A DNA stretch of 64,000 nucleotides from an uncultured Verrucomicrobiae bacterium (GTDB lineage Bacteria; Verrucomicrobiota; Verrucomicrobiia; Chthoniobacterales; Chthoniobacteraceae): the NCBI GenBank assembly GCA_963836755.1, contig CAWIKF010000001.1:512001-576000 (forward strand), written 5' to 3'. Positions 9,519-19,997 of this stretch are shown in pieces. The notes under the pieces are model-generated. The model did no database searches. It saw only the letters and a list, made by a program, of their open reading frames with translations, and was not told where the DNA came from. Position numbers and translations under genes: made by a program. The first letter of the stretch is position 1; each line of letters begins with the position of its first letter.

Positions 9519-11304
9519 CTCCGGTTTTCATGCGTTGTTTGACTGGCAATGTCACGATAAATGTCGCGCCTTCACCCTCGGCGCTTTTGGCAGAAATGAC
9601 GCCGGCGTGACGGTCAATAATCTTTCGGCAGACCGCCAGCCCGATGCCCGTCCCTTCATACTCGCTGCGCGAGTGCAGGCGCTGGAATACGGTGAAAATC
9701 CGGTCGAGATATTTTTCGTCAAAGCCGATGCCATTGTCCTGCACCATGATCTGGCAGACCGAATCGCCGGGCGCCGCGCCGGGCAATTGCTGCTCCGCGA
9801 GCTCGCGGATTTTGGCCGAGACAATCACCTCCGGCACCGCGCCCGGCTTCTGGAATTTCATCGCGTTGGAGATGAGATTTTGAAAAAGCTGCCGCATCTG
9901 TGCGGGGTCTGCCTCGATCACCGGTAGAAATCCGATCTCAACTTTGGCGCCAGTCTGCTCGATGCGCACCTCGAGGTCGCCGAGCACATCGCGAACGATT
10001 TCCGCGAGCTTCACTTCCTCGAACGGATTCGCGCGGCTCGTGATCCGCGAGAGTGTCAGCAAATCGTGCAACAATGTTTGCATCCGGCGCGCGGCACTTT
10101 GCATCCGATCGATGTAGTCCCGCCCGGTCTCACCGACGGCTTCGCCACACTTCATCTTCAGCCGGTCGCCGAACGCCTGGATCTTCCGCAGCGGCTCCTG
10201 CAGATCGTGCGATGCCACGCTCGCAAATTCCTGCAGGTCGTGGTTGCTGCGCCGCAGTTGATCCGCACTTTGCCGCGCCTGCTCCTCCGTGAGTTTTCGA
10301 AAACTGATGTCGCTGCTCACGCCGACGAGCCCAATGCATGTCCCATCCACATCGCGCAGCGGCACCTTGGTCGTTGCGAGCCAGATAAAATTCCCATCGC
10401 GATCCAGCACTGGTTCCTCGCGGTTTAGAATAAAAGTCTTCGAGTGCAGCATCTCAGCATCACCGGCCTCAAATTGCTGCGCGATGTCCGGCGGAAAAAA
10501 ATCGATCGCACGTTTTCCCTCTACTTCGGAGAGCCGCGAGACGCCGATGAAGCGCCGGTGCGCCAGGTTATCGAGCACGTAACGCCCTTTTAAATCTTTG
10601 ACAAACACATGTTCCGGCAGCGCATCGATAACGCTCCGAAGCCGGTTGTGTTCACGCGCGAGCGCCTCCTCCGCCCAGCGGCGCCTGCGCACATCGCGCA
10701 GGATGAACACCGCCGCGGTCCCCAGCATCAGCACCGCCGACACGGTCGCGAGCAAGATCATGAAAGTCGTCGAGCGGCCGATCTCCTTCGTCCATTCCGT
10801 GCGCCGTTTTAGCAGGCCCTGCTCATTTTGCTGAAATCCGTCCAGCAAATTCCTAATATCCGCCGTCACTTGTTTATCTTCGCCGCTGCTGAGGATCGTC
10901 GCCGTTCCCACATCGCCATTGCGCCGCGCCTGCATCGCCGAATCAAACACCTCGACCTTTCTGATCAGGAAAGGATGCAGCGCAACCAGCCGCTGCACCT
11001 GCTCCGGATTGTCGCCAGTGAGCTTTTTTAACTCCGCGAAATCTCTCAGCGACCGGTCCCGCGCTTCCACATAGAGCGGCAGATAGTCCGGATGGGCGAC
11101 CAGCAGATACCCGCGCACCTGATTCTCCGCCTCCGTCAAATGCAGGCGCAACGCCTCCTGCGTCTCCAGCACGTGCCGCGAATGCGCCACCAATTGCGCC
11201 GTCTCCAAGAATCGCCGCGTGCTCCGGTAGGTAGAAAAGGAGAGCGCCCCGAGCATCAGCACCGCGATGCCGAAGCCGAGCACGATCTTTTGCCAGATCT
11301 TCAA
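9478..11304 (-). CDS. Sensor histidine kinase (CHASE3-PAS-HisKA-HATPase)
   Basis: TM-CHASE3-TM, PAS (VFVKDLKGRY), FASVASHDLQEPLRKI, DNGIGF, GTGIGLA. Confidence 0.92.
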   Translation of the reverse strand: MKIWQKIVLGFGIAVLMLGALSFSTYRSTRRFLETAQLVAHSRHVLETQEALRLHLTEAENQVRGYLLVAHPDYLPLYVEARDRSLRDFAELKKLTGDNPEQVQRLVALHPFLIRKVEVFDSAMQARRNGDVGTATILSSGEDKQVTADIRNLLDGFQQNEQGLLKRRTEWTKEIGRSTTFMILLATVSAVLMLGTAAVFILRDVRRRRWAEEALAREHNRLRSVIDALPEHVFVKDLKGRYVLDNLAHRRFIGVSRLSEVEGKRAIDFFPPDIAQQFEAGDAEMLHSKTFILNREEPVLDRDGNFIWLATTKVPLRDVDGTCIGLVGVSSDISFRKLTEEQARQSADQLRRSNHDLQEFASVASHDLQEPLRKIQAFGDRLKMKCGEAVGETGRDYIDRMQSAARRMQTLLHDLLTLSRITSRANPFEEVKLAEIVRDVLGDLEVRIEQTGAKVEIGFLPVIEADPAQMRQLFQNLISNAMKFQKPGAVPEVIVSAKIRELAEQQLPGAAPGDSVCQIMVQDNGIGFDEKYLDRIFTVFQRLHSRSEYEGTGIGLAVCRKIIDRHAGVISAKSAEGEGATFIVTLPVKQRMKTGDEDARQSDNDFNG

Positions 11305-11363
11305 AATGCCGCGCGGAAATTCATGCTCTTGTATTCATTGTCTGCAAAAGCCGGGCCAGGCGG

Positions 11364-11448
11364 CGGAGGAGGTGGGATTCGAACCCACGATGCCTTTCGG
11401 CATGGCGGTTTTCAAGACCGCTGCATTAGACCACTCTGCCACCCCTCC
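11364..11448 (-). tRNA. tRNA-Ser(TGA)
   Basis: GGAGGGGTGGCAGAGTGGTCTAATGCAGCGGTCTTGAAAACCGCC-long variable arm-GTGGGTTCGAATCCCACCTCCTCCG; CCA not encoded. Confidence 0.95.
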
Positions 11449-11588
11449 AGTGATCGGTTTTTGGGAAAATAAACCACGCGTCATCAAAGCACGAGAGCAA
11501 ACTCCATGCACGTCCCGCGGCGCTTTGAAAAGTGCCAGGGAAACCACTCCGCGTTTGCATTTGCGGGAAGCGCCGGTTCAATAGACGC

Positions 11589-12611
11589 GTGGCTGAAAAC
11601 TTCGTGACCCAAACCATCGAGGCGCCGGATACGCCATTCGATATTTCGCTGCGGCCGCCGGCTTTTGCGGAGTTCGCGGGGCAGGCGAAAATCCGCGAGC
11701 GACTGGAATTGATGGTCGAGGCGGCGAAGCAGCGGGGCGATGTGCTCGATCACATCCTGCTCAGCGGGCCGCCGGGTCTCGGAAAGACGACACTGGCTTA
11801 CATCCTGGCGAGCGCGATGGGCGTCAATATCAAAAGCACGAGCGGCCCGATGATCGAAAAGGCCGGCGATCTGGCGGGCTTGCTGACCACGCTGGAGCGA
11901 GGCGATGTGCTTTTCATCGATGAAATCCATCGGCTGCAGCCGGCGATCGAGGAGTATCTTTACCCGGCGATGGAGGACTACAAACTCGACATCATCATCG
12001 ACCAGGGGCCGAGCGCACGAAGCGTGCGGCTGAACTTGCCAAAGTTCACGCTCATCGGCGCGACGACGCGCGCGGGGATGATTTCCGCGCCGCTGCGGTC
12101 GCGATTTGGGATGATGAGCCGGCTTGATTATTACGTCGCGGAGGAGCTGCAAAAAATCCTCGTGCGCAGTGCTGGCTTGCTCTCAGTGGAAATCGATGAA
12201 GCCGGTGCGCTGGAGATCGCGGCACGGTCGCGCGGGACGCCGCGCGTGGCGAATAATCTGTTGCGCTGGGTGCGCGATTACGCGCAGGTCCGCGCCGGGA
12301 AAAACATCACGCGCGACGTGGCCGATCGCGCGCTCGCGATGCTCGAAATTGACGCCGATGGTTTTGATGAAATGGACAAGCGCATCATCGACGCGCTCAT
12401 CCACAAATTCAGCGGCGGCCCCGTCGGCCTCGGCTCGTTGGCGGTCGCCATCGGCGAGGATGCGGGCACGCTTGAGGATGTGAACGAGCCGTATCTAATC
12501 ATGCAAGGCTACGTGAAACGAACCGCGCAAGGCCGCGTCGCACTCCCGCGAGCGTATGAAAAGATTGGCCTCAAGCCATCGCGCCCGCAGAGCGATTTAT
12601 TCAGCGAATAA
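11589..12611 (+). CDS. ruvB: Holliday junction branch migration helicase RuvB
   Basis: [38 protein letters not shown] start probable. Confidence 0.97.
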   Translation: MAENFVTQTIEAPDTPFDISLRPPAFAEFAGQAKIRERLELMVEAAKQRGDVLDHILLSGPPGLGKTTLAYILASAMGVNIKSTSGPMIEKAGDLAGLLTTLERGDVLFIDEIHRLQPAIEEYLYPAMEDYKLDIIIDQGPSARSVRLNLPKFTLIGATTRAGMISAPLRSRFGMMSRLDYYVAEELQKILVRSAGLLSVEIDEAGALEIAARSRGTPRVANNLLRWVRDYAQVRAGKNITRDVADRALAMLEIDADGFDEMDKRIIDALIHKFSGGPVGLGSLAVAIGEDAGTLEDVNEPYLIMQGYVKRTAQGRVALPRAYEKIGLKPSRPQSDLFSE

Positions 12612-12951
12612 TCTCCCGGCGCTGGAGGATTTTGGGAAAAGCCGCGGCCAACTTTGACGCGCGAGAAACGAAATTTTACCACGAGCGGCGGGCATGACTG
12701 CTGCTTCATCCAAGCCATGCTTCACCAAGTTGCTCCCAATATGCTTGCCGCCTTTGGCGGAGTCATCGTTCTATGCCGCATCCTTCGCCTGCTCGGACAC
12801 TTTGTCGCCGAGCCAGTCAGCTCGCTGAAGGCGCGCTTCCAGGAAATTTCGCGCGACTAAGCCGCGGTAATCGCATTGCAATCCGCCATCCAATGGCGTC
12901 AACGTTTCGATCATAGGGAGCGCGTCCAGCAATGGGCGCGCTCTTTTTTGG

Positions 12952-13299
12952 ATGAAACTCGCGCGCGAAAAGAGAATCCTGTCGCGCATGCAAATGAAAA
13001 AGTTTTGGCCGCTGCTCGCAATCGCGCTTGCGGGATGCGCGTGGCATCGCCATCCACACGCGCAGCGCGCGACTGGGCCGCGGTTGGTCGGCACGGTGGC
13101 CTTTGTCAATGAGTCGCTCCATTTTGTGCTGATCGATACCGGCACGTTTTATTCGCCCGCGGAGGGCACGGCGTTAAAAAGTTTTGCGGGAAAAGAGGAA
13201 AGCGCGGTGCTTGCCGTGAGTCCCGAGCATCAGCGGCCGTTCATCACGGCGGACATCGTGAAGGGCGAACCGCATCGCGGCGACCTCGTCTACGAGTGA
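12952..13299 (+). CDS. Hypothetical lipoprotein (true start probably about 12988-12994)
   Basis: MKKFWPLLAIALAGC lipobox; C-terminal FITADIVKGEPHRGD. Confidence 0.6.
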   Translation: MKLAREKRILSRMQMKKFWPLLAIALAGCAWHRHPHAQRATGPRLVGTVAFVNESLHFVLIDTGTFYSPAEGTALKSFAGKEESAVLAVSPEHQRPFITADIVKGEPHRGDLVYE

Positions 13300-13371
13300 A
13301 TTTTTTCGAAACGTTGCTCCGCGGGCGGGCTTGTTTTGAAGAGGATTGACTGCTAGTTAGTGCCGTTTATT

Positions 13372-13386
13372 GTTAAGCGCCTTAAC
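13372..13386. promoter_or_regulatory. Probable MarR operator GTTAAG-CGC-CTTAAC
   Basis: Perfect inverted repeat 9 bp before the marR ATG, just downstream of TTGACT...TATTGT promoter-like hexamers. Confidence 0.6.
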
Positions 13387-13395
13387 TAACCCTGC

Positions 13396-13857
13396 ATGTC
13401 GAAACAGCGCCCTGACCTCGAGATTCGCCACGATTGCGAACGGCTGGCGGACATTTTTTGCGTGCTGCAGCGGCGGTTTTTACTCGATCTCTCGCGGGAG
13501 TTGTCGCGAGGGAACATCACGTTTCCGCAATATTTTTTGCTCGGCTTTTTGTGTCAGCATGAGTTTTTGACCATGTCAGAAATCGCGGGGAAGATGGGCC
13601 ACACGACGGCGGCGGCGACGGGCTTGGTGGACCGGCTCGAGAATCTCGGCTATGCAAAAAGGACGCACGCGAGTGACGATCGGCGGAAGATCAAAGTCGG
13701 GATCACCGATGAAGGCTGTGCGCTCGTCTCGGGCGTTCGAAGCGATATGGTGGGCAGTCTCGCGAAGTTAATGGCGCAGCTCGCCCCGCCCGAGCAAAGC
13801 GCGTGGTTGCAAATTTACGAAAAAATTTACGCTTTCATTCAAACTCAGCAAAAATAG
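13396..13857 (+). CDS. MarR family transcriptional regulator
   Basis: LTMSEIA...ATGLVDRLE...DDRR...ITDEG winged HTH. Confidence 0.9.
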   Translation: MSKQRPDLEIRHDCERLADIFCVLQRRFLLDLSRELSRGNITFPQYFLLGFLCQHEFLTMSEIAGKMGHTTAAATGLVDRLENLGYAKRTHASDDRRKIKVGITDEGCALVSGVRSDMVGSLAKLMAQLAPPEQSAWLQIYEKIYAFIQTQQK

Positions 13858-15384
13858 ATGAAGTTCAAAATCTTCTGCGCTGCCGCGCTTTTTCTTTTTT
13901 CCGCGAAGCTGATTGCCGGCGATGATTCGCTGCGAAATTACCTCGTGACGCGCAACCTCTCGCTCGATGAAGCGGTCGGCATCGCGCTCAAGCAGAACCC
14001 GGACATTTTAAGGGCGCTGCAGCAAATCCAGCTCACACGCGGCATCGTAATTCAAGTGCGGGCGGAGGCGCTGCCGCAAATCACCGCGACGGGCGTTTAC
14101 AATCAGCAGGACAAAAAACTGACGCAGGATTTTGGCGGCGGTTCCTCCTCGGCTGCGGCGTCGCCGAGTCCATCGGCCGCGCCAGCTGCGGGCGGCGGGG
14201 GAGCAGCCACAACGACCAGCACCAGCACCTCCCGGTCGCAAACAACGACGTCGGCTTTTGGCACGCAGGATAAAAGCTGGGAGGTCTTGATCGAGGGGCG
14301 GCAGATTATTTATTCCGGCACCGTCGGGCCGGCGATCCGCCTCGCAAAATTTGCGGAGGACAGCAGCTACTGGAGTCTGCGCGACACGATCGACAAGGTC
14401 ATCGCGACGACGCGCGAGCAGTTTTACACCGTGCTGCTCGATCGCGCGCTGATCATCGTGCAACAGGAATCGGTCGAGCTGCTGCAAAGTCAGCTCAAGG
14501 ATCAGCAGAGCCGGTTTGAGGCCGGGACAGTGCCGCGTTTCAATGTGCTGCAAGCGCAGGTCGCGCTTTCGAACGCCGAGCCGGCGTTGATCGCGGCGAG
14601 AAACAATTACCTCATCGCGCAGCTCACGCTCGCGCGGACGCTCGGGCTCGGCGCGAGCAAAGTGCGGCCTGGTGCACCGCCGATCAACGCGATTGGCGAG
14701 CTGACCGTGGTGCCGGTGGATCTCGACGTCGCCTCAGCGCTACAGCTCGCACGCGCGCGCCGCCCATTTTTGAAAGTGCAGCGGTTGCAGATCCTTCAGG
14801 AAGTCGAGGACGTGCGGGTGCAATATGGAAATCTGCAACCGACGATTTCGGCGGATGGCGGCTACGAATTTCGCAACTCACATTCGACAACGGACCTGCG
14901 TCAGGTTGTTGACGGTTGGTTTTTTGGCGCGACCGGCTCGTGGGACATTTGGGACAGCGGCGCGACTTATGGTTTGATCAAACAGGCGCGCGCGAAGCTG
15001 AATACGGCGAAGGTCACTTACGAGGATTCGGTGCATCAGGTGGATCTCGAAGTGCAACAGGCGATCTCGAATTTGCGGCAGGCGCAACAGACGATCGAGA
15101 GTCAGCAAAAAAATGTGGAAGTCGCGCTCGAGGCCGTCCGTCTCGCTCGCGAGCGGCTCGCAGCGGGCGCCGGCGTCCAACTCGACTTGCTCAATGCGCA
15201 GGTGCAGCTCACGCAGGCACGCAGCACGGAGCTGCAGGCTAGGCATGATTATAATGCCGACATAGCGGAGTTCGAGCGCGCGACGGCGACCGCGACGCAA
15301 TACGAGGAAACTTTCCGCGACCCGCTCACGCGCCGCGCGCGCGAAGCTGCGGACCGCGATGCAGCGCGCCCGATCGGGAAGTGA
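13858..15384 (+). CDS. TolC-family outer membrane protein
   Basis: Signal peptide, LSLDEAVGIALKQNP, two OEP repeats (RFEAGTVPRFNVLQAQV and RLAAGAGVQLDLLNAQV). Confidence 0.9.
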   Translation: MKFKIFCAAALFLFSAKLIAGDDSLRNYLVTRNLSLDEAVGIALKQNPDILRALQQIQLTRGIVIQVRAEALPQITATGVYNQQDKKLTQDFGGGSSSAAASPSPSAAPAAGGGGAATTTSTSTSRSQTTTSAFGTQDKSWEVLIEGRQIIYSGTVGPAIRLAKFAEDSSYWSLRDTIDKVIATTREQFYTVLLDRALIIVQQESVELLQSQLKDQQSRFEAGTVPRFNVLQAQVALSNAEPALIAARNNYLIAQLTLARTLGLGASKVRPGAPPINAIGELTVVPVDLDVASALQLARARRPFLKVQRLQILQEVEDVRVQYGNLQPTISADGGYEFRNSHSTTDLRQVVDGWFFGATGSWDIWDSGATYGLIKQARAKLNTAKVTYEDSVHQVDLEVQQAISNLRQAQQTIESQQKNVEVALEAVRLARERLAAGAGVQLDLLNAQVQLTQARSTELQARHDYNADIAEFERATATATQYEETFRDPLTRRAREAADRDAARPIGK

Positions 15385-16034
15385 GCGTGCCGATCCTCGC
15401 CTTTCCGGCGCTCGCTGGATTGGAAAATGTTCGCCACGCATTCACGTTGCGCGTGCCGGGGCTCGACGTTCAGACGGATCGTGAAACGGCTTTGCGCCGG
15501 CTCGATCAATTTCACGCGCAAGCCCGTGAGGAGCTGCTCGGAGGCGCAGCGCCTTTCATCACCGCGCGGCAGGTTCATGGGAACAAAGTTGCGACGGTTC
15601 AAGAAGATGCCGAAGCGTGCTTCGAGGAAACGGACGGGCTGATCACGAATTTAAACAAGGTTTGTCTCGGTATTTATGTCGCCGATTGCTGTGCGGTTTA
15701 TCTCGTCGATCCCGTCAATCGCGCGATCGGGCTTCTGCATTCGGGCAAAAAAGGAACCGAGCTCGCGATCGTGCCGCGGGCGCTGGACGCGATGCACGCC
15801 GCCTTCGGATCCGATCCGCGCGAAATGATCGTGCAGCTCAGTCCGTGCATTCGGCCGCCGGAATACGAAATTGATTTTGCCGCGCGAATCTCCGCGCAGT
15901 GCCGCGAATGCGGTGTCCAGCAAGTCTTTGACTCTGCGTTAAACACCGGCGCCGACCTCGGGCGATTTTATTCCTACCGCATTGAGAAAGGGCGCACCGG
16001 ACGGATGCTCGCGATGCTCGCGCTCGATTTTTAA
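15381..16034 (+). CDS. YfiH/PgeF (laccase-domain) family protein
   Basis: QVHG, DGLIT, VADC, HSGKKGT, FYSYR...GRM motifs. Confidence 0.88.
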   Translation: MSVPILAFPALAGLENVRHAFTLRVPGLDVQTDRETALRRLDQFHAQAREELLGGAAPFITARQVHGNKVATVQEDAEACFEETDGLITNLNKVCLGIYVADCCAVYLVDPVNRAIGLLHSGKKGTELAIVPRALDAMHAAFGSDPREMIVQLSPCIRPPEYEIDFAARISAQCRECGVQQVFDSALNTGADLGRFYSYRIEKGRTGRMLAMLALDF

Positions 16035-16095
16035 TTTCGAAAAATCCCGAAATTTTGCGTCAAATTTCCGCGATAGCTCCGTTAGTCTTTTCTCG

Positions 16096-16842
16096 ATGAA
16101 GCGCTCTTTCGATCCCGCCGAGCCGGAAATGATGGATTTGCCGCAGGCGGTCTCGCCCGAGTTGGAGCGCGACCTGGAAAATCTCGGCAATCTCAACCGC
16201 TATTTTGGCGGGCATTATTTGGTGCGGCGTTTCATCAAACACTGGCTTTTGCCCGGCCGCAGCTATCGGTTGCTCGATCTCGCCACCGGACCCGGCGATG
16301 TGCCGCGGATGATTGTGCGATGGGCGCGGACGCGCGGCATTTCGGTGAAAATTGACGCCGTCGACCTCCATTCCTCGACGCTCGAGGTTGCGCGCAGCCG
16401 CAGCGCTGATTTTCCAGAAATCAATTTCATGCGCGCCGATGCGCGGGTTTTTGAAAATCCGCAAACATACGACCTCGTTTGCTGCTCGCTGGCGCTGCAT
16501 CATTTTTCAGAAATCGATGCAGTCAAAATTTTGCGCCGCGCCTGTGAACTTTCTCACGACAAGGTTCTCATCTCCGACCTCGAGCGGAATCCCCTGACGT
16601 GGGTTTGCGTCTATCTCGTCACTGCGCTCATCTTTCGCGATCGGATGACGAGATACGACGGCCGACTCTCCGTTAAACGAGCGTTCTCATTCCGCGAGAT
16701 GGACGAACTCGCCCAGCAGGCGGGCTGGAGCGATTACGGACACGGCCGATTTTTACCGGCGAGGCAGGCGATTTGGATCGGGAGAAAAGACGACACACCA
16801 GCCGTCGATCTCAGCAGTGCCGCACTCGATTTTGCGACGTAA
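16096..16842 (+). CDS. SAM-dependent methyltransferase
   Basis: PEMMD...LNRYFGG, LLDLATGPGD, SLALHHF, DGRLSVKRAFS. Confidence 0.85.
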   Translation: MKRSFDPAEPEMMDLPQAVSPELERDLENLGNLNRYFGGHYLVRRFIKHWLLPGRSYRLLDLATGPGDVPRMIVRWARTRGISVKIDAVDLHSSTLEVARSRSADFPEINFMRADARVFENPQTYDLVCCSLALHHFSEIDAVKILRRACELSHDKVLISDLERNPLTWVCVYLVTALIFRDRMTRYDGRLSVKRAFSFREMDELAQQAGWSDYGHGRFLPARQAIWIGRKDDTPAVDLSSAALDFAT

Positions 16843-16851
16843 AAGTCTGCG

Positions 16852-17040
16852 CTACAGCTTTTCGATTTCGCTGCGCAGGTCTTCTTTTTTAAGCCCAAGT
16901 TTTTGCTGAAGTTTTCCGAGCCACTCGTCTTCCTTGCCAGACGCAAAGGTCAGGTCGTCGTCGGTGAGCTGCCCGTATTTTTGTTTCAGCTTCCCTTTCA
17001 CTTCGTTCCAATTGCCGCGGAGATTTAGTTTTGTAGTCAT
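16852..17040 (-). CDS. CsbD family stress protein
   Basis: MTTKLNLRGNWNEVKGKLKQKYGQLTDDDL...GKLQQKLG. Confidence 0.9.
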   Translation of the reverse strand: MTTKLNLRGNWNEVKGKLKQKYGQLTDDDLTFASGKEDEWLGKLQQKLGLKKEDLRSEIEKL

Positions 17041-17111
17041 ACAACAGTTTCGAATTTCCGGGCCGGAAAGGTCGCTGCAGGTTGCGATTTCCACTGCCTG
17101 AAAATTGGGAA

Positions 17112-18233
17112 TCAGACGCGTCGAAATCTTCGGCTCGCTTCGATATCGAGCTCGTCTGCTGAAGAAGCCGACGGCACCGGAAGCGGTATCAACACTGCAT
17201 CGGCGGGGATTTCGCGCCATCCGGCATCGTCGAAAAAAATCGTGCGGCGCTGGAGTTTGACGAAGATCTGGCGCAAGGGCTGCAGCGCAGCGACCGGCAG
17301 CGAAATTTCTGCGATGCGCCCGCGGATGCGGATCGCGGCGCGGCGCACCGGCTCGCCTGTGACGAGATTGAAAATTTGCGAGCATCGCGAGCTCGCTGGA
17401 AACTTGAGCGACCAGCGGACGCTGCCGGCGACGAGGCTTTCCATTGCGACCACGAGAATTAATCCGGCGAAAGTCGCCCGGCTGCGCGGCAAGCGGATGA
17501 TCAGCCGAAGCGCGCCGCGATGCTTGTTGCCGGAGATGATCGGATGAAAATGATCGAACTCAGCAGGTGCCGATGCGGCGTAAAAAATTTCATGCGCCTT
17601 CGCGTAAGCGGTGAAACGTTTTGCGCTCAGCGTCATCTGGCTTTCGTGACACAGAATTGCGTCGCGTTTCTGCTCGATTTCCTGCGGCCGCAAATGGAGG
17701 GTCCATTCGCGGCGCTCACCGCGGCGGCGCGGGAAATGGACGAGATAACGGAGTTGGCGCGGAGCGTGGTCGAGCCGCGCGAGCGCGAGTTGCGAGAGGA
17801 CGAAAAGCGCGCTGTGATCGGGATGTGTGTCGGTGCCGGAAGGGACCACGAGCAGCGTCGGGCGCCAGCCTTCGATCTCGCTGCAAAGCGTGCGCAGCGC
17901 GCCTTCATCGGCAGCGAGTAAAAGTCCGGTCACGCCTTGGTCGGGAAATCCTAAGAAGCGGGCGGCTTTTTTTGGCAGACCGAGCCGCGCCATGGCCGCG
18001 AGCGCTTCTCCACGGCGGCGGCGGCCCCAGCGGCGGCGATCGATCGCGCCAACTTTTAAACGACGTTCGACAACGCGTTGCGGCCACGGATTATCGTCGC
18101 CATCGGTCGCAAAGACGATGCGAACGGACGCGCCGGCGACGCGCGCGCGCTGGATGAGGCCGCTGTTGGCGAGAGCTTCGTCGTCCGGATGCGGAGCGAG
18201 GATGAGGATGCGATCGTGGGAGGTCAGTTTCAT
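17112..18233 (-). CDS. PIG-L family deacetylase with C-terminal extension
   Basis: APHPDDE, TDGD, RRGEA, FLGFPD, DTHPDH, HESQ. Confidence 0.88.
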   Translation of the reverse strand: MKLTSHDRILILAPHPDDEALANSGLIQRARVAGASVRIVFATDGDDNPWPQRVVERRLKVGAIDRRRWGRRRRGEALAAMARLGLPKKAARFLGFPDQGVTGLLLAADEGALRTLCSEIEGWRPTLLVVPSGTDTHPDHSALFVLSQLALARLDHAPRQLRYLVHFPRRRGERREWTLHLRPQEIEQKRDAILCHESQMTLSAKRFTAYAKAHEIFYAASAPAEFDHFHPIISGNKHRGALRLIIRLPRSRATFAGLILVVAMESLVAGSVRWSLKFPASSRCSQIFNLVTGEPVRRAAIRIRGRIAEISLPVAALQPLRQIFVKLQRRTIFFDDAGWREIPADAVLIPLPVPSASSADELDIEASRRFRRV

Positions 18234-19936
18234 TCGATTTTGCCGGTGGGATGAAAGCCGCGCTCGAGCGCCTGCGCCCAGACGAGCGTGATGGGTCCTG
18301 AGCCTTTGGTAACCTGCAATGTATGCGGGCCCGCGGTCAAGGTGCGTGCGCCGTGGATCGGCTGTCCATCAAGCGTGCCGTCGACTTCTCCATTTCCATC
18401 CACGACATCGTAGCGTGCTGGCCATAACGTCGTAAAAGTTGCAGCGGTGTTCAGCGCGAGCTGCGGGAATTTTTTTCCCGCGACCAAAATTCGTTTGCCG
18501 ACGGCGACGTAATTTTGATCGACAAATGCGTGATCGATTTCCGTCAGCCGCGCCGGCCTTACCACGCATGTGCCAGTGGCGACGAGCGCGGCGGGAATGC
18601 TGTCGTCGATGAGACCGTGCTTGATGCGCGCCATCGTCACGCCTTCGAGCACGTAATAAAAAGGCCGCTGCCGAAAAATGGTTTCGCCTTTTGCATCCAT
18701 GATGATTTGGTCGCGATCGACGAGGCGAAGAATTTCCTGGAGACGATCGGCGAAAGGTTTCGCGTCATCGGTGGCAAAGGGGAAGATGCGCGCGCACCAA
18801 AACATCTCGCCAATAATTAGCAAAACAGGCAGCGCATAATGAAGCACGGGATGAAACTTTTTCCCGAGCGACATCAGCCATCCAATGGCCGGCACCAGCG
18901 CCACGACAAGGATTGGGAGGATTGGCAAATTATCCTGCGACGTCACGAGCGGCCAATAACTGCGCAGAAACATGTAGGCAAAAACGGCCGTCAGCAAAAG
19001 AATTGCGCGGCGCGAGGCGATGAGGCGATCGGGATGCGAGCGCAAAATAAACCACGCGATCCCGAGCATCGGTGGAATCGAAAGTGGCAGGAGAAATTGG
19101 TGAAAGCCGAACGAGCGCCATTTTCCGAGACCGGGCATGGTGTTGTGCAGGATCACGCAATAATACATCTGCGGCAGCGCGCCATTCAGTGCGAAAAATG
19201 CGATGAGCATCGACGGCACGATGAGCGCGCCGAGAAGCGCGAGCGCGAGCGGTTTCCAAATTTGCGCCCCGCGAAATTTCTCGCCGGCAAATCGCCTCAG
19301 CACCAGGACGCACAGCGCCGCGAGGCCGAGTGAAAGCACGAGCAACGTTGTTTTCATGGAAGTCGCGAAGGCTGTCCCCATTACGAAGCCAAACCAAAAA
19401 GCGCGTCTGCCCTCAAATTTACCAAGTGTCAGAATCAGCATCGAGACGCACCAGAGCGCGGTCCACAAATCGTCGGTGCGAAATTCCACCGAGCAATAAA
19501 AGAAAGTTGGGATGAACGCCGCGAGCACGGCTGCGAGCAAGCCTCCGAGCCGATTCGCGAGCCGTTCACCCATCTTAAAAACTGTCCAGAGGCAGAGAAA
19601 AAACAGCGGGATCATCGCGAGCCGCATCGGGATGAGGATGTCCGCGCGCTCACCGAAGATGCGGAACAGCGGTGCGCAGAGCATTTGAAAAAGCGGGCTG
19701 TGGTTATCGAAAAGATCGCGGTATTGCAGCAGCCCGTTTGCCCATCCCCAGACAACGTGCAGATGCTGCGGCTCGTCGGAATCGACGCGGTAATGCATCG
19801 CCGCGACGATGCGCAGCCAGAGCACGAACAGCAAAAATGCAGCCGCAACACAGCGCTTCAAAATGAGCGACTGCGTGCGGCTGTCCCTTGGTTGAACGAC
19901 GGAAAAGACGGGGAGGGTGGTCGTGCCAATCTGCAT
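18230..19936 (-). CDS. Polytopic membrane glycosyltransferase-like protein (GT-C/ArnT-like)
   Basis: DSDEPQHLH...YRDLFDNHSP, EFRTD; many TM segments; start uncertain. Confidence 0.65.
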   Translation of the reverse strand: MQIGTTTLPVFSVVQPRDSRTQSLILKRCVAAAFLLFVLWLRIVAAMHYRVDSDEPQHLHVVWGWANGLLQYRDLFDNHSPLFQMLCAPLFRIFGERADILIPMRLAMIPLFFLCLWTVFKMGERLANRLGGLLAAVLAAFIPTFFYCSVEFRTDDLWTALWCVSMLILTLGKFEGRRAFWFGFVMGTAFATSMKTTLLVLSLGLAALCVLVLRRFAGEKFRGAQIWKPLALALLGALIVPSMLIAFFALNGALPQMYYCVILHNTMPGLGKWRSFGFHQFLLPLSIPPMLGIAWFILRSHPDRLIASRRAILLLTAVFAYMFLRSYWPLVTSQDNLPILPILVVALVPAIGWLMSLGKKFHPVLHYALPVLLIIGEMFWCARIFPFATDDAKPFADRLQEILRLVDRDQIIMDAKGETIFRQRPFYYVLEGVTMARIKHGLIDDSIPAALVATGTCVVRPARLTEIDHAFVDQNYVAVGKRILVAGKKFPQLALNTAATFTTLWPARYDVVDGNGEVDGTLDGQPIHGARTLTAGPHTLQVTKGSGPITLVWAQALERGFHPTGKIE

Positions 19937-19997
19937 TGGTGAGGATACTGGCGAGGCGCTGTAAAAATGCACTTTCCGCGCGGTGACAGTTTTGTAA

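Noticed and set aside
11364..11448. tRNA-anchored integrated element
   Set aside because: No integrase and no duplicated tRNA 3' end seen; flanks are ordinary genes. The same applies to the tRNA at 58370.
12654..12860. Small ORF after ruvB
   Set aside because: Possible small membrane peptide (from ATG 12717), but no motif or other support.
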